DNA of 64,000 nucleotides from Nitrospirota bacterium (GTDB lineage: Bacteria > Nitrospirota > Thermodesulfovibrionia > Thermodesulfovibrionales > Dissulfurispiraceae): NCBI GenBank assembly GCA_963710375.1, contig CAVPZX010000005.1, positions 224,001-288,000 of the forward strand, written 5' to 3'. The translations under genes and the position numbers were made by a program. Of the stretch, positions 1 to 10,604 are shown piece after piece (positions within the stretch are counted from its first letter, which is position 1; every line of letters starts with the position of its first letter). A model generated the notes under the pieces. That model was not told the DNA's origin. It made no database searches and worked only from the letters and a program-made list of their open reading frames with translations.

Positions 1-438
1 TCTGCAAGAGCCATTGTCCCAACTATTATTACACAGTTGTTGAATGGCGCGGACGAAATGTATCTGGGATCACTCCACCCTACAAGAGATTTGAATTATG
101 TTTCAGACATCTGCAGGGGCTTTATCTCCCTTGCCTGTTGCGATGAGGCGGTTGGCAGAGAGGTCAATATCGGTTCCGGACAGGAGATTTCCATAGGCGA
201 TCTTGCAGAATTGATAATCTCACTTTTCAATTCGAATGCCAAAGTTGTTACTGAGGAAACTAGAAGAAGGCCTGAAAAAAGCGAGGTCGAACGTCTGCTT
301 TGCGACAATGGATTGATAAAACAGCTTACCGGATGGCAACCCGAATTCTCTTTAAAAAAAGGACTTGAGCAAACAATCGAATGGTTTAGAGATACAAACA
401 ACCTCAGTAAATATAAAGGGAATATTTATAATGTCTGA
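1..438 (+). CDS. NAD-dependent sugar 4,6-dehydratase, LegB-like (5' truncated)
   Basis: Frame is open from base 1 (SARAIVPTIITQ...LGSLHPTRDLNYVSD...RPEKSEVERL), an extended-SDR C-terminus directly upstream of a LegC-like gene. Confidence 0.85.
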   Translation, partial: SARAIVPTIITQLLNGADEMYLGSLHPTRDLNYVSDICRGFISLACCDEAVGREVNIGSGQEISIGDLAELIISLFNSNAKVVTEETRRRPEKSEVERLLCDNGLIKQLTGWQPEFSLKKGLEQTIEWFRDTNNLSKYKGNIYNV

Positions 439-1600
439 TAGTAATACAAGAAATGTAATTCCATTGTCCGAGCCTGAGATATCAGGTAACGAATGGAAGT
501 ATATAAAGGATTGTCTCGATACCGGATGGGTTTCCTCCGCAGGGGAATATGTCAATCGCTTTGAAAAAATGGTGGCCGATTATGTCGATAGCAAGTATGC
601 GGTTGCAACAGTTAATGGAACTTCTGCGCTTCATATAAGTCTTTTGCTGTGCGGCGTTGAGCCGGGCGATGAAGTTATTGTGCCGGCACTCACGTTCGTC
701 GCACCCGTCAACACAGTGAGGTATTGCGGAGCACATCCAGTTTTTATGGATTGCGACCGTTCAACACTTTGCATGGATTTTGGAAAAATGAATGACTTCC
801 TGTCCTATGAATGCGAACAGCGTAAAAATGGGCATACCTATAATAAAAAAACAGGCAGAAGGATACGAGCGGTCATTCCTGTGCATGTATTCGGACACCC
901 TGCTGACATGGATCAAATATCGGCTATTTGCGCGGCAAATAATATCGAAATAATTGAGGACGCTACAGAGAGTCTCGGCTCTAAATACAAAGGTAAACAG
1001 ACAGGCACGTTCGGCAAGATTGGCTGCCTCTCATTCAACGGGAATAAAATTATAACTACCGGAGGAGGCGGCATGGTTATCACCGACGACAATACGATTG
1101 CGGAGAGGGCAAGGCATTTAACAACTCAGGCCAGGAGCGATTCATTTGAATATGACCATGACGAAATAGGGTATAATTATCGTCTTTCCAGTGTACAGGC
1201 TGCCATTGGTGTCGCGCAGATGGAGAGGCTTGATCATTTCGTGACCGCAAAAAGAAAAAAAGCACTTTTATATAGAGAAATGCTCTCGAATATCGAACAG
1301 GTTGAATTTTTATGGGAGAAAGAACAGGTAAGAAGTAATTTCTGGTTTTATACCATAAGAGTACCGAAGGGCCACAAGAGAGCATTAATGGAGCACCTGA
1401 TTTCAAACAATATTCAAGTTAGGCCGATATGGAAATTGATACATACACTTCCTATGTATAACGACTGCCAATCGTACAGGATCGAAAAGGCTCTCGAAGC
1501 TTATGACAAATCTATAAATATTCCGTGCAGTGTCAATTTGACTACCGGAGATATTGAAACGGTCGCAGAAAATATTAAAAGTTATTTTCTTATGAGCTGA
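431..1600 (+). CDS. legC: LegC-family PLP-dependent aminotransferase (DegT/DnrJ)
   Basis: GWVSSAG, NGTSALH, EDATESLGS and SFNGNKIITTGGGG motifs. ATG at 431 overlaps the upstream stop. Confidence 0.85.
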   Translation: MSDSNTRNVIPLSEPEISGNEWKYIKDCLDTGWVSSAGEYVNRFEKMVADYVDSKYAVATVNGTSALHISLLLCGVEPGDEVIVPALTFVAPVNTVRYCGAHPVFMDCDRSTLCMDFGKMNDFLSYECEQRKNGHTYNKKTGRRIRAVIPVHVFGHPADMDQISAICAANNIEIIEDATESLGSKYKGKQTGTFGKIGCLSFNGNKIITTGGGGMVITDDNTIAERARHLTTQARSDSFEYDHDEIGYNYRLSSVQAAIGVAQMERLDHFVTAKRKKALLYREMLSNIEQVEFLWEKEQVRSNFWFYTIRVPKGHKRALMEHLISNNIQVRPIWKLIHTLPMYNDCQSYRIEKALEAYDKSINIPCSVNLTTGDIETVAENIKSYFLMS

Positions 1601-1603
1601 CAA

Positions 1604-2266
1604 ATGAAGGTGTTATTCTTAGCGAAACAAAGGCCTTTTTCGGATGATGCAGCCGGAATCATTAAGTCCAATTTTTCCTCTTCGTCCAGGATAATATTTG
1701 GAAGCGGAGATGAGCCATTTCCGGCTCAATTGCTGACCGACAATTTTGATTACATCATCTCGTACATATCTCCCTGGATAGTTCCTGGACAGGTACTCGG
1801 GAACGCCAAGATAGCGGCAATAAATCTTCATCCTGGGCCGCCCGAGTATCCTGGAATAGGTTGTACTAATTTTGCGCTGTATAATAACGAGAAGGACTTC
1901 GGCATTACGGTTCATCATATGAATGAGAAGGTCGATACAGGAAGAATCATCATGGTTAAGAGGTTCCCTATTTTCAATAACGATACGGTTTATTCTCTTA
2001 CGCAGCGATGTTACTCCTATGTATATGTTGCCTTTATTGAGATGATTTCCTTTATCCTTGAAGGCAAATCCTTACCAGCATCTGACGAGCAGTGGAAAAG
2101 GGAACCTTTTACGAGAAAAGAACTAAACGCTCTCTGCGAGGTTTCGGCAGATATGTCCGATTACGAAATCAAAAGGCGCATAAAGGCAACTACTTATCCC
2201 GGTATGCCGGGGGCTTTTGTCAGGCTGTCTGGAAACAGGTTTCTGGCCGATAATTCATCCAAATAA
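1604..2266 (+). CDS. Sugar N-formyltransferase family protein
   Basis: INLHPGPPEYPG and HHMNEKVDTGRII formyltransferase motifs. Confidence 0.8.
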   Translation: MKVLFLAKQRPFSDDAAGIIKSNFSSSSRIIFGSGDEPFPAQLLTDNFDYIISYISPWIVPGQVLGNAKIAAINLHPGPPEYPGIGCTNFALYNNEKDFGITVHHMNEKVDTGRIIMVKRFPIFNNDTVYSLTQRCYSYVYVAFIEMISFILEGKSLPASDEQWKREPFTRKELNALCEVSADMSDYEIKRRIKATTYPGMPGAFVRLSGNRFLADNSSK

Positions 2267-2285
2267 AGATTTCTAAGGACAGAAG

Positions 2286-3287
2286 ATGAGGACCTTTATT
2301 ATCGCAGAAGCAGGCGTTAACCATAATGGAAACATTGAAACAGCGAAGAGAATGATAGACTCTGCTGTCGATGCCGGCGCTGACGCTATAAAATTTCAAA
2401 CATTCAGAGCGGAGAACCTTGTAAGCAAAAATGCTCCAAAGGCTGAATATCAAAAAAGAAATACGGATACCGCAGAGTCCCAATTAGATATGCTCAAGAG
2501 GCTTGAATTAAACAGGGAGGCTCATGTAGAGCTTCTAGACTACTGCGGCAATAAAAAGATACAGTTTCTTTCAACGCCGTTCGACACTGAGGGCGTTGAC
2601 TTGCTTTATTCTCTCGGGCTCGGGATATTCAAGATACCGTCAGGTGAGATAACGAATCTTCCTTATCTCAGGAAGATCGGAAGTCTGAAGAAGAGAGTTA
2701 TACTTTCCACGGGGATGTCGGATTGCGGCGAAATTGAAGACGCTCTCAATATATTGATTTCTGCGGGTACAGACAAAGACCATATAACAATACTTCATTG
2801 CAATACAGAATATCCCACACCGTATGAGGATGTAAATCTGCTCGCAATGGTGACAATCAGGGATGTTTTTAAAGTTAAGGTTGGATATTCTGATCATACT
2901 TTAGGCATTGAGGTGTCTGTTGCTGCTGTGGCATTGGGTGCAACAGTTATTGAAAAACACTTTACTTTGGATAAGAACATGCCTGGCCCTGACCATAAAG
3001 CGTCTCTGGAACCGGATGAATTTAAGGGCATGGTCCTGGCGATCCGCAATATCGAAAAGTCACTGGGGACCGGCCTTAAGCAGGCGTCACCCTCGGAGTT
3101 GAAAAACAGGCACACTGCTCGCAAAAGTATTGTGGCCTCTCGGGACATCATGGCAGGAGAACTCTTCAGCGAAGGCAATATCACCGGCAAACGCCCGGAC
3201 ACGGGCATCAGTCTAATGGAGTGGGATAAAGTCGTCGGCAGGAAAGCATTAAAAAATTTTAAAAAAGATGATTTCATAATAATCTGA
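2286..3287 (+). CDS. neuB: Nonulosonic acid synthase (NeuB/LegI) with C-terminal SAF domain
   Basis: IIAEAGVNHNG, KIPSGEITN, GYSDHT, IEKHFTLD and GPDHKASLEP motifs. Confidence 0.93.
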   Translation: MRTFIIAEAGVNHNGNIETAKRMIDSAVDAGADAIKFQTFRAENLVSKNAPKAEYQKRNTDTAESQLDMLKRLELNREAHVELLDYCGNKKIQFLSTPFDTEGVDLLYSLGLGIFKIPSGEITNLPYLRKIGSLKKRVILSTGMSDCGEIEDALNILISAGTDKDHITILHCNTEYPTPYEDVNLLAMVTIRDVFKVKVGYSDHTLGIEVSVAAVALGATVIEKHFTLDKNMPGPDHKASLEPDEFKGMVLAIRNIEKSLGTGLKQASPSELKNRHTARKSIVASRDIMAGELFSEGNITGKRPDTGISLMEWDKVVGRKALKNFKKDDFIII

Positions 3288-3296
3288 TATCTCAGA

Positions 3297-3992
3297 ATGA
3301 TAGTTGCAATTCATCAACCCAGCTATTTTCCCTGGCTCGGCCTTTTGCACAAGATATATAAGAGTGATTATTTTATTTTGATGGATGAAGTCCAGTTGGC
3401 AGACAGGGCTTATCAGCACAGAAATCTTTTTCTAAGCATACAAGGGAAAGCTCACTATTTAACTATTCCTTTCCATAAGACAGGCTATAGGGACAAGAAA
3501 ATCAAGGATCTGCTTGTTTATGGAAACGGATGGCAAAAAAGTCATGAGAAATTTATCCGTTATAACTACAAACATTCAGCATATTTCGACGAGATATATG
3601 GTAAGCTTGAAGCCTTTTATTCTAAAGAATACCATTTCTTGCTTGATGCCTTAAAAGAGTCGATGAGGATAAGTATGGACTTTTTTAATATAAAGACCAA
3701 GCTGGTCCAACAGAGTGAACTCAACTATAATACCGATAGTAAAAAAAGCGATTTGATTCTTGCGCTGGTAAAATCGGTGGGAGGGAATATATATCTGTCA
3801 GGTACAGGGGCCAAAGACTATTTGAAGGATGAAGACTTTGAGACAGCACAGATCAGTTTGATCTTTAATACATTTAGTCATCCGGTTTATCAGCAGATCA
3901 ACTCGAAAGAATTTATTCCAGGATTGGCATGCCTTGATGTTTTATTTAGTCTGGGCATAGAAAAATCAAGAACGCTGTTGGGCCTGATCTGA
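3297..3992 (+). CDS. WbqC-family protein
   Basis: AIHQPSYFPWLG N-terminus, YLSGTGAKDY, HPVYQQ...FIPGL. Confidence 0.88.
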   Translation: MIVAIHQPSYFPWLGLLHKIYKSDYFILMDEVQLADRAYQHRNLFLSIQGKAHYLTIPFHKTGYRDKKIKDLLVYGNGWQKSHEKFIRYNYKHSAYFDEIYGKLEAFYSKEYHFLLDALKESMRISMDFFNIKTKLVQQSELNYNTDSKKSDLILALVKSVGGNIYLSGTGAKDYLKDEDFETAQISLIFNTFSHPVYQQINSKEFIPGLACLDVLFSLGIEKSRTLLGLI

Positions 3993-4007
3993 ATTGGATA
4001 TAATTTC

Positions 4008-5852
4008 ATGAAGGGTATGAAGGACATAGTATTATTTGCTAATTGGGGCCTTGGAGCCTCCGTGTTAAACAGTCTTCTAAAAAATGGGTTTTCTGTCCGA
4101 GCAGTGGTCACACAGTATGATGCCTCAAAAAACAACGACCCTTTCTTTAATGGTGTTTACAATGCGGCAAAGAAATATGGCCTGAAGGTTTTTACAAGTC
4201 ATAAAGGCCTGCTTTGCAGCAGCTTGAGACTCAACGATGCAATCGGGATCTCAGTAACGTATAACAAAATCCTGGATGCTGAAATACTTGCCAAACTCAA
4301 GATTGTTATAAATTTTCACCCTTCCAGACTCCCCGAGTACAGGGGGCCCTCGCCAATAGCGTGGCAACTAATGCATCTTCAAAAAAAACTCGCTTTTACT
4401 GCTCACTTTGTTAGTTCACTCATAGATGGAGGAGATATTTTAGCGCAGGAAAACTATCCTATTGACTATAGGCTTCGATACGATGCGTTTATTGAAAACG
4501 TCAATGCTGTTTTTGCCTCTTTTATCATAAAAACGGTCCGTTGCTATTGTTCAGGACGTCTCAAAGCTACGCCAGTTGCTCATCTATGCAGTGAGGCCAA
4601 CTATTATCCGCATTTGCGGATCCCGAATGCTGTCAAGCACGCTACCCTCAAAGAGGTGTCGGCATTCCTAAACAGGCCGAGGCTGATATTTTTTACGGGG
4701 AATAGGGCTGAGTTCGGAATATTATTCCCGCTTATCATAGAACTTTCGAAAAAATATTTTATTGATATTGTAGTATCAGGCGCTCATATGCTGAAGCCAT
4801 GGTTCACTATCAGAGAAATCGAAGAAAAATTAAAGACCTTTCAGGTGCCTGCTGCAATTGCAACGATACAACTTGACGGATTAAAAGACGTCTACTCCGA
4901 ATCCCTGTCAAAAATATACAAAGAAACAATCACTCTTCTGAACGACAAAAATCGGTATCAATTTGCTATTGTCCTTGGTGACAGAATTGAAACATTCGGT
5001 TTTACTTTGGCCTGCTTTTATAAAAAAATACCCATCATTCACGTAAACGGCGGCGATATAGCAAATGTGCCGTATTTTGATACAAACGTCAGACACAGTA
5101 TAACAAAGCTGGCGCATGTTCACCTGACAACAAACGCTCTCAGTTGCCAAGTGGTAAAACAACTGGGTGAAGAACAGTGGCGGATTCATGACATAGGAAA
5201 TCTGAGTTACGATTATGACCGGCTCCGCATGCTTAGTTCAGCCGGAGCAATTGAGAAAGATTTAAATGTGAACAGGAATGAACTTATCATAATTTACACC
5301 TACCATCCGTCCCACAACAAAAGCTGTGACCAGAACTATTCTGATTTTAAAATGATTTTAGGAGTATTAAAAGGAACGGGGAAAAAAGTGATTGTTACCT
5401 ATCCGAATAACGATCCCGGTGGTGAAAAAATAATTGACCGCCTGGAAACGATGAGTAATAATGACCCAGCTTTTATTGTTGTTCAAAATCTCGGGACACT
5501 AAGACTGCTGTCACTATTAAAATATTTTAGGGCCATTGTAGTCGGCAATTCAAGCAGTGTTCTCACCGAAACCGCGTTCTATCGTGTTCCTGGAGTCAAT
5601 ATCGGCGAACGACAAACAGACCGCTTCAGGGGCACTAATGTTTTTGACTGCGCATTAAAGAAAGAAGATATTATGCGCATAATTATCAAAATAATTAAGA
5701 ATTATAATCAGCTGCGTGACGGCTTCAACTCGTCGCAATATTTTTTTGGGGATGGTAAAGCAGCACTCAAAGCTGTTAAAATTGTAAATAAGCTTATTGC
5801 AATACCTAAAGAAGAGCTTTTGTTTAAGAAATTTAGAACCAGTTTTTCATAA
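4008..5852 (+). CDS. Formyltransferase fused to hydrolysing NDP-sugar 2-epimerase (NeuC/LegG-like)
   Basis: N-terminal NFHPSRLPEYRGPSP and DGGDI. C-terminal TGNRAEFG, LGDRIE, RHSITKLAHVH, GNSSS, NIGERQ and FGDG. Confidence 0.85.
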   Translation: MKGMKDIVLFANWGLGASVLNSLLKNGFSVRAVVTQYDASKNNDPFFNGVYNAAKKYGLKVFTSHKGLLCSSLRLNDAIGISVTYNKILDAEILAKLKIVINFHPSRLPEYRGPSPIAWQLMHLQKKLAFTAHFVSSLIDGGDILAQENYPIDYRLRYDAFIENVNAVFASFIIKTVRCYCSGRLKATPVAHLCSEANYYPHLRIPNAVKHATLKEVSAFLNRPRLIFFTGNRAEFGILFPLIIELSKKYFIDIVVSGAHMLKPWFTIREIEEKLKTFQVPAAIATIQLDGLKDVYSESLSKIYKETITLLNDKNRYQFAIVLGDRIETFGFTLACFYKKIPIIHVNGGDIANVPYFDTNVRHSITKLAHVHLTTNALSCQVVKQLGEEQWRIHDIGNLSYDYDRLRMLSSAGAIEKDLNVNRNELIIIYTYHPSHNKSCDQNYSDFKMILGVLKGTGKKVIVTYPNNDPGGEKIIDRLETMSNNDPAFIVVQNLGTLRLLSLLKYFRAIVVGNSSSVLTETAFYRVPGVNIGERQTDRFRGTNVFDCALKKEDIMRIIIKIIKNYNQLRDGFNSSQYFFGDGKAALKAVKIVNKLIAIPKEELLFKKFRTSFS

Positions 5853-5878
5853 AGCAACGTTATTCAGAGGGAACGACT

Positions 5879-6634
5879 ATGAGAGAATCCATTGCAACTA
5901 AGACAAAATTATCTGACGCTGAACACATGGTACAGAACGAATTGCTGAATCTTTTTAAAAGCTGTCCCATGCCTGAGAATGAAACCATAGTTAACCTTGG
6001 CTTGTTTTTAAGACGTCAGGAGTTATCAAGAATTCTGTTCATGCACGAGTTATATCAGCACATACTCAATACTAACGGCATCATCCTGGAGTTTGGCGTA
6101 CGATGGGGGCAGAATCTTGCATTGTTCCAGGCATTGCGCGGGATGTATGAGCCATACAATTATCTCAGAAAAATTGTTGGGTTCGATAGCTTTGCGGGCT
6201 TTCAATCAGTTGATGATAAAGATGGCAATACTGATTTCACATCACAAGGAGCTTATTCTGTGACACAAGGATACGAGGAATACCTGCAAAAAATTCTTGA
6301 CTGTCATGAGCAGGAAAGTCCTTTGAACCATATAAAGAAACATGCTCTCATCAAAGGAGATGCAACTGTAACTATTAGTCAGTTTCTGAAAGAAAATCCT
6401 GAAACAATCATCGCTCTGGCTTATTTTGATTTTGACATTTATAAGCCTACCCTCAAATGCCTTGAAGCAATAAAAGGGCACCTTACGAAAGGAAGCGTCA
6501 TCGGCTTTGACGAGTTAAATACCCACGAGTTCCCGGGTGAAACCATTGCGCTTAAGGAGGTCTTCGGACTTGATAAGTATAAAATTCGCCGGTCGCTTTA
6601 CAATCCGGCGCCTTCCTACATTATAATTGATTGA
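5879..6634 (+). CDS. TylF/MycF-like class I methyltransferase
   Basis: ILEFGVRWG, GFDSFAGF, YFDFDIYKPT and GSVIGFDE motifs. Confidence 0.75.
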   Translation: MRESIATKTKLSDAEHMVQNELLNLFKSCPMPENETIVNLGLFLRRQELSRILFMHELYQHILNTNGIILEFGVRWGQNLALFQALRGMYEPYNYLRKIVGFDSFAGFQSVDDKDGNTDFTSQGAYSVTQGYEEYLQKILDCHEQESPLNHIKKHALIKGDATVTISQFLKENPETIIALAYFDFDIYKPTLKCLEAIKGHLTKGSVIGFDELNTHEFPGETIALKEVFGLDKYKIRRSLYNPAPSYIIID

Positions 6635-6737
6635 TGACGATAAGTTGTAACTAGGTAAAAGAATACCGGCATTAGAACTCTCCCTTAATTGATATGCAGA
6701 TGGGAAAAGGTCTTTTTCCACGGATTAAAAAGAACTG

Positions 6738-8783
6738 ATGAAAGCCACGAAACAGCGGTGCAGAATATTTTTAGGCGATTTAACCTATTATAACAACTAC
6801 ACACTTGCCAGAATACCCATTCCCCTTAATGTCGGCTATATTACGAGCTATCTGAAATATTTGTACGGTAACGAATGTGATGTGATAATTTTCAAAAATC
6901 CGGAGCAACTGCTTAGTGCAGCAAGAACCAAGCCGCCGGACATTTTAGGATTGTCCTGCTATCTTTGGAATCAAAATCTCGATATCCTTGTGGCCAAACG
7001 CATTAAAGAACTTATACCGGACTGCCTCACTGTTATAGGGGGCCCTAATGTCGATACAGATCCTGAGGAACAGTACAAACTCTATTCAGCGTTTAATGGA
7101 GCCGCAGATATTCTGGTAGTCAACGATGGTGAGCTTGGATTCTCAAATATAGTAGGTCGCTTGTTGTCTGTTGGAAAAGATAAATTATATGATGCTCCTA
7201 TTGATGGTTGCGTCTTCTTTGCCGATGCAATAAATCGAGTCTCAGGCAAGGATATCGGGTTGTCCCTGGATTTAAATACGGTACCCTCTCCCATTTTGGA
7301 GGGCATTCTGGATGATTTTTTAGTTTCCTCTTTTTCTCCTATGCTCCACACATCGAGAGGATGCCCCTATAACTGTACATATTGTGCTCATGGAAAGTTA
7401 AAAGAAAAAATAAGAACTTTTCCGGTAGATATCGTCAAAGAAGAAATTCTGTATCTGGCTAAGAAATATCGTGACTTTCCCCACAAAACGCTTATCATAA
7501 CGGACGATAATTTCGGCATAAAAGACCGGGATATCGAGATAGCAAAATGCCTCGTTGAAACTAAAGATCAAATAGGCTATCCACAACAAATCCATACTTA
7601 TTTTGATAAAAATTTCTCCTCAACCGTCAGGGAAACCGCCTATCTTCTCGCCGATATAAACTTTGGAGGGCTACAGGTTGGTTTCCAGTCGTTCAACCCG
7701 TCAACGTTGAATGCCATAAACAGGAAGCCTGTGACTGAAGATAAACTGAATACCTTTATTACATGGGCCCGAGAAAACAATTTCGAAATAAGCTGTGATC
7801 TCATTTACGGGCTTCCTTTTGAAACAAAAGAATCGTTTCTCACAAACCTGGAATATGTTATCTGCAAAAGCATCGATCAAATTGTAGTTATGAATCTTCA
7901 ACTTATGCCTGGAACTATTATGAACAAAAAAAGCGAACGAGAGGCTTTTGGGTTTGTCACTAAGTACAGACCATTATTTTCAAATGATTTTGGTATTATT
8001 GACGGGTGTTTCGTGACCGAAAGTCAAGAAGTGGTCGTGTCGTCGTTTCACGCATCTTTTCAAGATTACCTCGATACCAGAAAAATCATGTTATTGGTAT
8101 ATGTTGTTTGGGCCATGGGATATTTCAGAAAGGTCTTTGATTATTTAATCAGCAAAGATTACAAGATCATTCCCATTCTTGAAAAAATAATGAATCCTTC
8201 TCTGCATCTGCGGGCTGATGCCTTTGAGGAATTAGACGCTCAGGATTGCCAGACCTTTGTTAATGATTATGTGTCTGCTGCACAAGCAGAACTTTATGAT
8301 AGTGAAAGCATGCTATATGAAGACCTGAAGAAAAAATATGAAGCAAACATCGGAGCAATAAGCGAGCCGACACGTCTTAACGTCTATTATGGATCACGAC
8401 TGATATATTCAGAAAGAAAATGGTTTGGCAAAATACTGTTGAAAATCATAGAGGATGAACCTGCAAACAATCATGACATGACGATCATTAAAGACCTCAT
8501 AAGCGTTGCAGAAGAAGAGTGGCTGAATGTTTTGGCCCCTGAGGAAGGAAAAACTCTTTTAGTCAAAAGTGAGACACTGCAATATTTAGGTCTTACACCG
8601 ACGAATGGTTGCTGCAATGAGCACTCCATAAAAATGAGCGCGTCAGAGTCGCAGATCAAGAAAATACAATCCTATGTAAAACAGTTCCGGGCAAAAACAG
8701 ACGATATCTCTTTCTATTACAATATTATGGATAACATTACGCCTCGACGCTGTTTGCGATATGAGCTTATGCGCATCGTCTGA
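6738..8783 (+). CDS. Cobalamin-dependent radical SAM protein
   Basis: N-terminal B12-binding-like region (PLNVGYI...GGPN...DGELGF) and SRGCPYNCTYC. Confidence 0.85.
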   Translation: MKATKQRCRIFLGDLTYYNNYTLARIPIPLNVGYITSYLKYLYGNECDVIIFKNPEQLLSAARTKPPDILGLSCYLWNQNLDILVAKRIKELIPDCLTVIGGPNVDTDPEEQYKLYSAFNGAADILVVNDGELGFSNIVGRLLSVGKDKLYDAPIDGCVFFADAINRVSGKDIGLSLDLNTVPSPILEGILDDFLVSSFSPMLHTSRGCPYNCTYCAHGKLKEKIRTFPVDIVKEEILYLAKKYRDFPHKTLIITDDNFGIKDRDIEIAKCLVETKDQIGYPQQIHTYFDKNFSSTVRETAYLLADINFGGLQVGFQSFNPSTLNAINRKPVTEDKLNTFITWARENNFEISCDLIYGLPFETKESFLTNLEYVICKSIDQIVVMNLQLMPGTIMNKKSEREAFGFVTKYRPLFSNDFGIIDGCFVTESQEVVVSSFHASFQDYLDTRKIMLLVYVVWAMGYFRKVFDYLISKDYKIIPILEKIMNPSLHLRADAFEELDAQDCQTFVNDYVSAAQAELYDSESMLYEDLKKKYEANIGAISEPTRLNVYYGSRLIYSERKWFGKILLKIIEDEPANNHDMTIIKDLISVAEEEWLNVLAPEEGKTLLVKSETLQYLGLTPTNGCCNEHSIKMSASESQIKKIQSYVKQFRAKTDDISFYYNIMDNITPRRCLRYELMRIV

Positions 8784-8822
8784 ATGCTTGCAAGCGGGAC
8801 ACTTCCGTAAAAGGAGAACAGA

Positions 8823-9926
8823 GTGTATTACTACTTTAACCTTCAGTCACTAATTGATGACGGACTATCTGAAATGAATTTTTCAGATGAGGATCCCGCC
8901 TGTATTCTCGTCGATAATGATTTGCGAGTCATAGGCAATAAAAAAGCATATGTCGAGGCATTATCATCTAATGCACGCTATATTAAAGGGAAACGGCTCA
9001 ATCTTAATAGTGAAAATCCTCCCTTTCCCCAATCTGTTGGAATTGAAATATCAAGCCAATGCAACTATCAGTGCAAAATGTGTCCGAGGAGAAAACTTAC
9101 GCGACCCTCAATAAATATGGATCCGGGGATATTTTATAAAGTGGTGGATGAGATAAGGCATTATGATATAAAAATGCTTGGATTATACAGACTTGGAGAA
9201 TCCTTAAAACATCCGCAATTTTTTGACTTTTTGAATTATATAGGCCGGTTTGATTCCCTGCGGAACACTTTTCTAAGTACCAACGGTGGTCTTCTTACTG
9301 AGAAAGTTATAGGAAAGCTTTTATCCAGTAGCCTCAAATTTCTTAACATTTCTATGAATGCCCTTGATCGGGAAACGTATCAGTTAATAACAGGCAGAGA
9401 TCATTTTGACAAAGTTTTGACTATTTCACGGTCGATTAAAAAACTTAAGATTAAGCGCACACCTTTTATTTCATTCCAGTTTTTAGAGCAAGATGTAACC
9501 TTTGGACAAGTTGAGAAATTTGTCGAAGAGTATATAGAGTATGCTGACTTTGTGGAAAATTCCGTATTGGAAGACTTCGGAGGGCAATTGACAGACAATG
9601 CGAAATTTCTTGAATCTTCAAGGTATGCAAACATTGACAGTGGACCCCGCCCCTGTCCACGATCCAAATCGGGACATGCGCTCATTTACTCAAACGGCGA
9701 TGTCGTGCCGTGCATTTGCGATATTAATGCGCAATATATCAAGGTCGGCAATATAAATACGTCTTCCCTTAAGGACATGTATGAAGGTGAAGCCTGGACG
9801 TCTTTTCGAAAAATGCATGAGGAAAGGGCCTTTGCGGATCATCCGCTTTGCGGCAAATGCAGGGATCGTCTTATTTTTGATTTATCAAAAACAAGAGACA
9901 AAAAACTCACCTCCGCGAAATCATAA
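8823..9926 (+). CDS. Radical SAM protein with SPASM/twitch domain
   Basis: CNYQCKMC plus C-terminal CP...NGDVVPCICD...CGKC. AAGGAG lies upstream of the GTG start. Confidence 0.87.
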   Translation: MYYYFNLQSLIDDGLSEMNFSDEDPACILVDNDLRVIGNKKAYVEALSSNARYIKGKRLNLNSENPPFPQSVGIEISSQCNYQCKMCPRRKLTRPSINMDPGIFYKVVDEIRHYDIKMLGLYRLGESLKHPQFFDFLNYIGRFDSLRNTFLSTNGGLLTEKVIGKLLSSSLKFLNISMNALDRETYQLITGRDHFDKVLTISRSIKKLKIKRTPFISFQFLEQDVTFGQVEKFVEEYIEYADFVENSVLEDFGGQLTDNAKFLESSRYANIDSGPRPCPRSKSGHALIYSNGDVVPCICDINAQYIKVGNINTSSLKDMYEGEAWTSFRKMHEERAFADHPLCGKCRDRLIFDLSKTRDKKLTSAKS

Positions 9927-9928
9927 CG

Positions 9929-10600
9929 ATGAAAAAACGGGTCTTAGTAGTGGCGCCTCATCCGGACGATGAAACACTTGGATGCGGTGGTACGCTTCTT
10001 AAACATAACGCTATGGGCGATAAAATATTTTGCCTGTTTGTCACCAACATTTCTATAGATCAGCGCTATGGGTCTCGAAGAATTGCCCAGAGACAGCGAG
10101 AAATTGATTCCGTAGCAAAAGAATATGGCATGGAGAAGATATTAAAACTCGATTATCCCGCAGCAGAGCTGGATACCATACCATTAGGACACCTCGTAGA
10201 AAAGATCCAACAAGCGCTTGTGGAACTGACGCCATCTGTCGTTTATATACCCAACCGCGGCGATATTCATTCGGACCACACTATAACGTTTACAGCCGCC
10301 ATAAGCGCTATAAAAACATTTCGCTGCCCGTTTGTCCAAAGAGTCATGATGTATGAAACTGTTTCTGAAAGCGAATTTGCTCCACCACTGTTTGAAGCGG
10401 CTTTTCTGCCCAACAGTTTTTCGGATATATCGGATTTTCTCGCAAAAAAAATAGAAATTATGCAAATTTATAAAAGCGAACTTGGGGCGCATCCTTTCCC
10501 TCGAAGCATAGAAAACATTACGGCGCTTGCTACGCTCAGAGGGGCCACGGCAGGGTTCAAATATGCCGAAGCGTTCATGATGATAAAGGAACGCTGGTAA
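9929..10600 (+). CDS. PIG-L/LmbE-family deacetylase
   Basis: APHPDDETLGCGG and HSDH motifs. Confidence 0.9.
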   Translation: MKKRVLVVAPHPDDETLGCGGTLLKHNAMGDKIFCLFVTNISIDQRYGSRRIAQRQREIDSVAKEYGMEKILKLDYPAAELDTIPLGHLVEKIQQALVELTPSVVYIPNRGDIHSDHTITFTAAISAIKTFRCPFVQRVMMYETVSESEFAPPLFEAAFLPNSFSDISDFLAKKIEIMQIYKSELGAHPFPRSIENITALATLRGATAGFKYAEAFMMIKERW

Positions 10601-10604
10601 TATC

